A program made the translations under genes and the position numbers. A DNA stretch of 33,750 bases, taken from Octopus bimaculoides (taxonomy: Eukaryota). Shown piece by piece: positions 1 through 9,800 of the stretch (position 1 is the first letter of the stretch; each line of letters begins with the position of its first letter). The stretch lies in NCBI RefSeq assembly GCF_001194135.2, contig NC_068986.1, forward strand, positions 25,998,510 through 26,032,259, read 5' to 3'. The notes under the pieces were generated by a model, which was not told the DNA's origin, made no database searches, and was given only the letters and a program-made list of their open reading frames with translations.

Positions 1-2
1 AC

Positions 3-255
3 TGTTATGTTTCTCTCGGACTGACTCGCAGAGATAACATAACGAGTTGTACAATTTAATTATTACATTTATTATTCAATTACATACAAAGAACGCACTC
101 ACCCAATGTTCGTTATGAATAAACAAAAGTCATGTCCGCCATATATATATCAATGACATTTTACTACGACAGTCCCACAAGACAACAACAATGAAACAAT
201 GAACTCAGACGAACCACATGACACACGGAACGTCAGACGAATTACATATCTAACA
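3..255 (-). mobile_element. LTR-like sequence (possible LTR of a retrotransposon)
   Basis: Termini TGTTA...TAACA. On the - strand a TATATA stretch is followed by AATAAA, and the sequence interrupts a SINE-like repeat. No TSD is visible because the window edge is adjacent. Confidence 0.45.
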
Positions 256-460
256 GTCCATATAACAACTACAATTTCACTTGGCTTGACAGGTCTTCTC
301 AAACACTGCATATCGCCAGTGCAAATACACATACAAGCTTCTATACAGTTTCTATCTATCAAATTTGCTCACAAGACATTGATTGACTTAGAGCTATGAT
401 AGAAGGTATTTGCTCAAGGTGCTGCTCAGAGGAAGTGATCCTGAGACCACATAGTTGCAA
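256..460 (-). mobile_element. SINE-family fragments
   Basis: The 3' part is the reverse complement of the family seen at 11097-11495; the remainder resembles other repeat fragments. Confidence 0.55.
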
Positions 461-783
461 TATTAACTTCTTAACCCACACACTAGTACTTACACAAATG
501 CATAATGCTCAGCAGATAAAGATTAAAGATATGAAAAGTGGTGAAGCTGGGTCTCAAGATATTGTAAATGAAATGGCTGTGTCAAAAAATAATATGCTCT
601 ACAGCAAGTTAATCTAGTTCATACTGTCATGAAAATAAACTGATATTATTATGATGGTAGTGACAATAACCAGATCTAAGATGTGTGGAATCATAGTATA
701 TAGAAAAATTTTGTTAAAAAATGATGAGTGATATATGGTAGTTAATAGATGTTCAAGTAGACAGACTTCAAAATATTACTTAC

Positions 784-867
784 TCAAAAACTTCTAATGG
801 TACTTGTACATCATGCATTTGTCCTTTTAACTTGTCAATTTCTTGCATACCTGTCACCATAGAATGG
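784..867 (-). CDS. MED10: Mediator complex subunit 10, coding exon 2 (remaining exons lie outside the window)
   Basis: Acceptor ttgccag, then (L)HSMVTGMQEIDKLKGQMHDVQVPLEVF, matching human NFIVTGLQDIDKCRQQLHDITVPLEVFE. 84 nt, donor GTAAGT, phase 2. Confidence 0.95.
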
Positions 868-2096
868 CTGGCAACACAATGAAAAGAAAAAAAAATATTT
901 AAAAAACATAATTAGATTGTAAAGAATAAAATATAATTAGATTGGTGTTATGCAGTCAAGTGATGGTGATCCTCCTTTATCCTGGGGTAAGAGATGAGGC
1001 ATCCTGGAAAAATCAAGATCAAAGTTTTGGTCTTCTATTTAAAAGCAAATGAATGAGATTAAGGAAAATTTTATTGCCACTTCTGAGAGGCTAGAAATAT
1101 TAGCAAGTGAAAAAAGATAAAATTTCTAAGTAAAAGAAAGTACTGTAACTAAAATACAGAGGTTGGCAAAAGTATGTATATTGTTGCTTAAAATAAATGG
1201 AATGTTCTTTCATTTCTTTATTTCTTTTTTAGGATAAGAATTCCACTCATAGAAGCAACTGTCTACCTACATTTGCCCACCCCTGTATTTATTACTATAA
1301 CATACTTATCAAAGGAGTTATAAGCCAATTATTAGCTCTATGTGGTCACTTACCCTGCTAGAAGTAGCAATAATGCCTACAGGTGTTGTTGATCATAGAT
1401 TGCAGCTTCTAGTGTCTGAAGATTCCAAGATATTTCTTGAGAAAGATGTAGCAATGGTTTCTACTGCTCTTCCAACTTACCCTTGAGGCACAGGGCCTAT
1501 TAACTCAGGGGTAGGTGGATTTGTCCGTGTGACATCAGGTCATGTTCACACATCAGTGGACCTATGTAACACATGACTAAGGGCCTCAGCCACACGACCA
1601 TCACCTACTTCTTGACCAATAATTACGGCCCTTGACTGGTACTACCACCCAAGTCAAAGCAACCCGGGGAATAATGATGACGAAAGCAGTAACTCCACAA
1701 TCCCCAAAACTGCTGAAGAGGAACCTCGCCACTGGATGAAGTTTAATGTCTTACCCAATTTTATCAACTCATAAACAGATGGGACAGTAACGCCTGGAAT
1801 GTTTATCGATCATAGATCTGCTCACCCAGTGGCTGGCCTGAGGCTAAATAGTGAATCAAATCTATCATCAAATTCATTGAACTTTTCACAAATTTCCAGA
1901 TGAGAGAAAAAGCAACTAATACCAAGCAACTTTCATCTCTTTCACACATGAGCTTGGTGCTCGACAATGAAAAAAAAAAAAAGAAAAGAAAAGAAAATGA
2001 AAAGAATCAGCTCGTTCCCAGGCAAGATTTATTTACTTTAAAAACTAGATCTTACAAAGACTGCTATTTAATGTTTACCTTCCCACGCTAGCAAAT

Positions 2097-2313
2097 NNNN
2101 NNNNNNNNNNNNNNNNNNNNNNNNNNNNNNNNNNNNNNNNNNNNNNNNNNNNNNNNNNNNNNNNNNNNNNNNNNNNNNNNNNNNNNNNNNNNNNNNNNNN
2201 NNNNNNNNNNNNNNNNNNNNNNNNNNNNNNNNNNNNNNNNNNNNNNNNNNNNNNNNNNNNNNNNNNNNNNNNNNNNNNNNNNNNNNNNNNNNNNNNNNNN
2301 NNNNNNNNNNNNN
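2097..2313. other. Assembly gap (217 N)
   Basis: Run of N. Confidence 1.
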
Positions 2314-2811
2314 TCGTACAACAAATCATACCCTTTGACAGAAATTCTCACATGAATGTCCAGTTTTACTTTAATGTATTTTGTTGTTTCAAACATTGCG
2401 TATGACCAACTAATACAAGTGAAACGGACGTTTATCTAATTATGTAAGGAGTAGGCAATCAATAATTGCGATTGATTACAAATAACTTTTTAAAAAATAA
2501 TCGTTCAGATCTTCGGTTTTAAATGTACACATTTAACCATCCTCGATTATTGAACACTTATTTCTTTTTTTTAGTATATTTTACATTATATAATTTCTTT
2601 TAAACTGCAGAATAATTTCTTGCATTTAAACATAGAAACATTGTATAGATCCAGCCTGATAATCCTTAGAAATTGTTTTATAAATCTAGAAATATATATA
2701 TATATATGTTTGGAACTGTTATAAGCGGAGACGTCGTGTGTGACACATAGCGTTAGACAAGTATCATATATGTTAATTACAAATGTCACATAACAGATAA
2801 AATGTACTTAC

Positions 2812-2942
2812 AGTTTTTGATTTAATAAGTTTTGACCTTGTTGTTGAAAGTCTGAAACTATTATACTAATTTGTCGAGTTGTTTCAATAAATGTTTCTAA
2901 CTGATGTTCCAAAGACTCGAAACGTTCCGTTTTGTCTGCCAT
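2812..2942 (-). CDS. MED10: Mediator complex subunit 10, coding exon 1
   Basis: Minus-strand ATG at 2942 gives MADKTERFESLEHQLETFIETTRQISIIVSDFQQQGQNLLNQK(L), matching the MED10 N-terminus (human MAEKFDHLEEHLEKFVENIRQLGIIVSDFQ...LNQKL). Donor GTAAGT, phase 2. Confidence 0.95.
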
Positions 2943-3804
2943 ATTGACTGGATGATAACCGGTGTTTCACAAAATTTGAACCCCGTTATTAAATATCCTG
3001 AATAACTGATAAAATTTGGATATAAGCTACAGCATACGTACGTTCATACATACATATAAGATTTAGTTTATAGCATAAATTTTTTAAACTTCAGCATCTG
3101 TAACATCAGTTTGTTTTAATTCATAGAAATGTTCCAAGTTCATATTATAACATCATCTTGTACTTCCTACAAAAGTATACTAGTATACATGCTGATATTA
3201 TAATTTCCCTAATCCCTTTCTTTTAAAGCATAGGCTTTATACACAAGAATTATTTAATAGTTTTCCACGCTATTTTTCTGTGGACAGATTTAAGTTACAA
3301 ATTTTAATCTGTGGCACTACTAGAAAGTGTTGTTAATTTTAGGGGTTTTTTTTTCCTATTTTATGTAAAACATTTAGGAGATTATATATTTGTTTTGCAA
3401 GATTTTTGATGTGAAATCGTGTGTTGAAACAGATATTGTATTTGGGGATGGTCATGTTGCCAGTTTAGCCAATAAAAACACACGCACTGTATATGATTAA
3501 TGTAATGTAATGTAATATAAAAAGCTGAAGCAAATTAACACCAAATATACAGTGCGTGTGTTTTTATTGGCTAAACTGGCAACATGACCGTCCCCAAATA
3601 CAACAATATTTACGAGATTATTTTCTTTTAACTGAAGACTGATTACGTGTTTAGTCCTAAATTATAGGCGTTACTTCAACACCTCCAGGTTGGTCGTAAG
3701 TACACCGCTTGGATACCATTAAGCCCACTAGATACCATCGAGTAGCCTCCCTTTAATTCATGTGACAATTTCCCAGTCACTTCTTGGAGTGGAATCATTT
3801 CACG
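2943..3804. promoter_or_regulatory. Putative bidirectional promoter and 5' UTRs shared by MED10 and VPS16
   Basis: Two divergent housekeeping genes with start codons only 862 bp apart. The TSSs cannot be seen from sequence alone. Confidence 0.75.
3436..3603. mobile_element. Palindromic MITE-like element (59-bp inverted arms, 50-nt spacer)
   Basis: 3436-3494 is the reverse complement of 3545-3603 with one mismatch. A diverged relative lies at about 32255-32610. Confidence 0.8.
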
Positions 3805-3848
3805 ATGGCAACTGCCAACTGGAATCCGCTCGGAGATGAGTATTATCG
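3805..3848 (+). CDS. VPS16: VPS16 exon 1
   Basis: [14 protein letters not shown](R); donor CG|GTAAGT. Confidence 0.95.
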
Positions 3849-6800
3849 GTAAGTTTCTTTTTTAAAAACATTTCTTTCTAGTTTGTGCATATGTTTCAGT
3901 ATTTGAATATATTTATTTACCCTTCAAATTTTATTTCTGTTGTTACTTGAAGATCCACGTTGTTTATCTTAAGTTTCTGAAATAAGATGGGTGTTTATAT
4001 ATTTTTTAAGGTTTGTATTTCCCTCTTTAAGGATAGATTTTTTATCACGAAATCTCCAATACTGCTCAAGTAATATCATTTGATTAGCTAAATCTTCATT
4101 ATCGATTACAAGCACTACTTAAAAACATCAAATCACAAAAATAATGTTAAATTCCTCTATAATTAATGCAATATTTTGGTTTCATGTATATGTATGCCGA
4201 TATGATGTTGATTGGGTCTACATTTTAAAAGTTTATATCTCTTTAAAGAAGAAAATATATTTCTTTAACTAATATTATTGATATAGGATTGTGGGAGGGT
4301 TAAATGCAAAATTATTATTATCTCTGTTTTTCTTGATTTAAACACATTCACATTTAATGGTAGCAATTTTGGCTCAAAGTACAAGCAGTTGTTTACTTTG
4401 CTTTTTAACAATTCATTCATAAACTTTGCTTGGATATTGAAATATTCAAGTGAAGTCTATAGAAAAATCAGCACAACTTCGTATTTTTAACAAATATGTC
4501 GCTATTTCTCATTTCTCAATTAAGTTCCTGGTATGAAATAATTATACCCAAACCTTAATATTTAACAGGTTCCTGGTTTGCTTTGTCAACAGACTATAAA
4601 TATATGCAGAAACTATGCAATTTGTTCTGCTCACCATTATTGACAATCTCTAGGATTATTCTGAAGATCCTATCTGTCTCTTTACACAGTTAATAAATGA
4701 ATGGTTTCAGACATCTTATTAATAAAACTAGTTATTCCACGAGGATGCGAAGGAGCTTCTACGTAGTCTTTTGTTCAGCTAGAAAAAGCAGCTAAAGCTC
4801 CCTTAATCAAATTTATTATCTTAAATAAAGAAATGACACGAAATATTGTATTAGTCATAGATAACCCTTACGAAGACGACATGATTACAGATCTGCTCGA
4901 TCAAACTGACCCGAGGACCAAACAGCAACAACTACCATTATATATTTCCTTTATAGCGTCAAAAACACTTTACGCCTACTTTTACATCTGTGCATGTGCG
5001 CGTAAATGTTAATGTTTGGTTAAAGGAGCCAGACATCCTTTTACTTATCTAACATGCAAATGTTTTTAATTCCCTGTCAACAGAACCTCTACATAGGCAC
5101 TCAACCCTCTGGAAATAGCAACCAAATCTTCCTCAAACCCGCCTCCACTGTCTTAAGAAGAAGAACACATTATAGAAAGTAGTTCTTGTAATAAAAGAAT
5201 AAATAAATAAAAACTGAATGGTCACGATCGATCAAACTAAGGTGAAACAACAATGATGACTGCTTAACCTGTCATTTAAATTCCCATTGCATAACCAAAG
5301 GATGTCCCAGCTCCCATGCCGGTTTCTTGATCTTTAGAAATTATTTCACTCTAATTCCTCTTATATAACACATACTATTTAATTTGCCTTTCATTGGGTT
5401 TTAACCAAGGGCCTGGGAATAGGTGGTGCACTTGCACCCCTGAGATTTTGCGGGAGTGCAAAATTCAATATTGCACCCCCTACTTACCTTTTCCATGCTT
5501 AGAAAATAAGAACAAAGAACTGAAATAAATAAAAAGAAAACGCCCCAAAATCCCTTGAAAGATATATTACTGAACTAAAGCATCCTCAAAGTTAAAATAT
5601 TGGCAGATTTATCATGGGGCTGTCAGGTATACATTCAGACTGGAGTGAACAAAGGGGGAAGAGTGGTTCTTCGCTATTTAGTAGAAGTAGTAGTAGTAGT
5701 AGCAGCAGCAGCAGCGGGTTACTTGGGTTATTTCAAGGAAGTGGATAACTGAAATGTGAAATACCACAAGTGACCCATCATTATCATGATTGCTACTACC
5801 CTTACGATATTTGGCAAAATAAATTTTTTAAAAATAGAACAACTTCTAGCAGTCACACAGCACCAACTACAATTATTACCCCAATGCACAACCACACCAT
5901 TATTGTCATTAACTCACAAACTCAGCTCAATAATAATGCCGAATATACATGGTCTTTTGCACTTTGCAAATTGAACAAAAGTATTATGCACAGTGAGAAA
6001 AGACAATATGTGAAGCTCTAGTAAAATGCATCTGATCTCAAACATTGAATGCGGAACTACATTTGTTAGGTTTTGTATTACACAGAACTAACAACAGAAC
6101 AATGGAAACAAAGAGAAATAGTAATCTTTATCCAAGAAGACCTGGAGACAAATGTCCTCCTCTCTCACTCCAACACAGTGTGCGATATACCACCAGATAC
6201 AACACTTTCGAAATCACATGCAAGATCACTTAATTGTACCAGTCTAAAGTAATCGGAAATATAAAAGAGACTTCTAAACTAACAACAATACTGGACTAGT
6301 CAGTCATTCGAGGATGCACTCAGAGAAGATCAGCTGTTACCAATTCAATCACAGACCAAAGCCTAGACATAAAGTGACAACAAATCTGAAAGAAAATAAA
6401 TCTCGCAACTATATAGTTTCAGGTTCAGTCCCACTGCATGGCATCTTGGACAAGTGTCTTCTGCTATAGCCTTGAGTCGACCAAAGCCTTGACAGTGGAT
6501 CTAGTAGAAACTGAAAGAAGCCCATCATGTGTGTGCACATACATGCACGCATGTGTATGCACTGTCTTTCATATTATTAACATTTGTTTATTTTATTTAA
6601 AAACTACTCATTGGAATTCAACAAAATTTCCACAGAATGATGGCAATAGTTATACATACATGGAGTGTAAAAAATGTGAGATTTTGCATAATTGTAAACA
6701 AGCCACAAACATTTGCATGATTTTCACAAACTTTCAGAGTTCCAAATTATTAACGAGTGGTTTGATAATTATGTAATTATGGGTGATAAATGTGACTTAA

Positions 6801-9800
6801 CTGCTTCAGAGAAATCTCTTATTACTTCTGAACTTACAGAAGGTAAATCAACATTAGAAATATCCAAAATAAATGGAAGGTATCACCAAATTGCTCTTAC
6901 AAAGATAGTCGACAAGGGTCAGTCGAAGACTGTTTCTCAATGTTCTCTGTCACAAATTAAGCGTGAAGCTGTAAAGAAGCTAGGTCTTACAAGTGGAGAA
7001 CTTTTCAAGCTCTTTGGCAAAACAACTGTGTCCAGAACTATCTGATGTTGTCTTCTGAAAAAGGTCGGTAAACCAGTGACGTCAGTTAAAAGGCCTCCTT
7101 TAAACAAAATACACATACAAAATCATCATGATCATGCTGCTTTTGCCTCTGGTGACGCATGTACCATAAGCAGAAACATTTCAGATATACAAAAGAGATT
7201 AAAATACATGTTTCCTGGTACATATTTTGTACACTGTGAAAACCACTTTCTGGACCTTGTACTCGAAGAAGTAAGGATCTATGGTTGCCATGGTCACTGT
7301 TGCATTGAACTTTGCTCACCAAATCACCATCCTCCTGAAAGTGCTATGGACCTGTCTTTATGATGAAAATGTCATCATGTTGCAAGCCTGTGTGTATGTT
7401 GCATCAAGCGAGAGAATGTTCAGTACACTTTGATATTTGAAAACCTGACTCCGAATCACAATGATGCAATATCGTCCGGCACACTGTGCTGTAATGCATG
7501 TACATAAAAACTTGTGCAATGAAAGCACTTTGGACATCCTCTTGGAAAACTTCATCACCAAAACGAGCGAGTAAAGAATTATTTTTGGAGTGATTTGAAG
7601 CATTACTTTTCCATGTATAATAATAAAATAGATTGTTATACCTGTGTTTGTTTTGATATTAAGATTGTAAAAACATCAGCCTTGTTATTAAAAACATTTG
7701 GGCCTGAGTTTGCACCTAAGCAAATTTCATTCCTGGGCCACTGGTTTTAACCACAACAATTATATCTCTAACTCCATCACCTCTGGTCTTAATTTTTGTT
7801 GAGTTTTAGAATTTTGTAACTGCTTTTGTGCACCTTGTCCTTCACTGTTAACTATGCCATTGTATATGGTTTCAGTCAGTTTACTTTCAGTCTCGATTCA
7901 CATTGCAATTATTGTGCATCCTTTGTTTAAGCTGCCCACATAGTACTGTGTTCCTATATACCAAGCACAACCGTATTCTTATACTGATAGGCTTTGGACA
8001 TTCCTACCTATTTACATCATATTTATTACCTGAAACTCAAATCTGTACATCAAACCTACAGTCTTCTTTTGCAACTACCTACACTGAGTAGAAATATCTA
8101 GCATTCTCTAACATCAACATCACTCTCATAAATCCACATATTTGACATTTTCCATTATTGAATTCTCTCATTATTACCCAGTTCCTTATAAACAATACAC
8201 TGTACTGTTTTTAAATTCTTTTTACTGTAAAACAAACTGTTCTATTTTTTGCAGAAAAACAGAAATCTATACCATGGATTGGATCATCAATGGCAATGTG
8301 GACCTCTCCAAAAATAGAGTGGCTGCAGCCCCATTTGCTGGACCCATTGGTGAGCACACTTTCGAGAGTTGTCAGCAGTGCTTGTCTGTCAATTATGAAA
8401 AATATTAAGGCAGCGTGCTGGTAGAAATGTTAGATATGCTGGGTGAAATGTTTAGTGGTATTTCGTCTGTCTTTACATTCTGAGTTCAAATTCCACTGAG
8501 GTCGACTTTGCCTTTCATCCTTTCAGGATCGATAAATTAAGTACCAGTTGCGTACTGGGGTTGATGTAATCGACTGCTCCCCCCTCCCCAAAAAAAATTC
8601 AGGCCTTGTGCCTAAGTAGAAAAGAATTATGAAAAATATGTACTTAAAAATGCCTTGTTTTATAAGCACAAAGCCACTCATTTGTAAGGATGAGAACAGT
8701 CAGTTGAACTGACCCTTGTACATACCTGGAACTTGTTTTATTTTTCTCTTGGTACTAAGTATTTATAAAACTATATACTGTGAAGTCCTGTGTTCTCACA
8801 CCTTCACCTTTATGCACTTAATAGGTGTTGTGGAATACTAAACTAAATACTTTATAGTGTACAGTTTTTCTCTTTCAGTTCTGAGTTCAAATCCTTATGA
8901 CAGTCTTTTAATAATAATTAGAGTCCTCTTTGCTGTAGTCCCACTCAATCAAAGGAACTCTTAATCTTGCAAGCTGCATGCCAACCTTGCTGGTATTGAT
9001 GTCATGAAATAGCCCTAACCTGGTACACCCCAGTAAAGTACTTGGCATTAGGGGCAGTATTCAGCCAGAGAAACTGATTCAACACGCTGCAGAATCAGTC
9101 ACCAACAGGCATGCATGGACTGCTTTGGCCTGCGACACAGTGAATTCAATTGGGCTGGCTTAATAGACTCAGTTGGAGTTGAATGAATGCCATTACAAGA
9201 CAAGATTTGTCCCAGTAGGTTTGAGCCAGTTTCAACCAGTATGTTTACCGTGTCCCTCACGAATACTGACCACATCCGACAGCTAGCCTTAAAGTTCCAG
9301 CTGTCAAAGTAATGGTTCTGCCTGCAGCCTAAAATTCCAGCTTGCAAATTTGACAAATGCCTCACAGGGAGAGCAAGCGCATTGGATAGTTCAGACACCA
9401 TAGCCATAGTCATCATTCATTCCTGAGATGTAGGCTTCATGTTTGGAATTTCAGTGGGAATACAAGTTCACATTTGGTATTAGTAAATTCGTGTTTTTGC
9501 AAATATTTAAAATGCAGAATTTTTTCTTTCAGTAAAAAATTGTTACATCATATTTTTTTTTTTTTTAGCCTTACTTCGGGATGATTCAAAAGTTGGTCGA
9601 GTTTCCAATACCAAACCAATTCTTTATATTTACAATGCAGCTGGAAGAGAGATAAGTCACATGAGGGTAAGTGTATAGAGTTTTAATATTTTCCAGACTT
9701 ATTAAGAAATAATTTAATCATTGTTTAAAAAATCATGTGTCTAAATCCCTGTAAAACATTTAAGATAAGATGTAGCTGTGTGGTATGAAGCTTGCTTCCC

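Larger units (their letters stand above)
5406..7743 (+). mobile_element. Internally deleted hAT DNA transposon with nested insertions
   Basis: 8-bp TSD GTTTTAAC at 5398-5405 and 7744-7751; imperfect 15-bp TIRs (CAAGGGCCTGGGAAT / rc CAGTGGCCCAGGAAT, 11/15). Transposase relics include [14 protein letters not shown] (CxxH motif) and [20 protein letters not shown] (hAT C-terminal dimerisation domain). Confidence 0.88.

Noticed and set aside
1-783. MED10 exon 3 (expected YIDQGRNPQLYT-like)
   Set aside because: Not found on the - strand here, so it must lie beyond the left edge.
1318-1900. Relatively GC-rich stretch in MED10 intron 1 with a semi-open minus-strand frame (..EVGDGRVAEALSHVLH..)
   Set aside because: About 4 stops in about 108 codons is not clearly below chance, and I recognise no motif. 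It is probably decayed repeat; BLASTX would settle it.
2075-2396. ORFs spanning the first N gap
   Set aside because: Their length is an artefact of unknown bases.
5253-5340. C/D snoRNA-like C box (ATGATGA) in intron 1
   Set aside because: There is no CTGA D box or terminal stem at a suitable distance.
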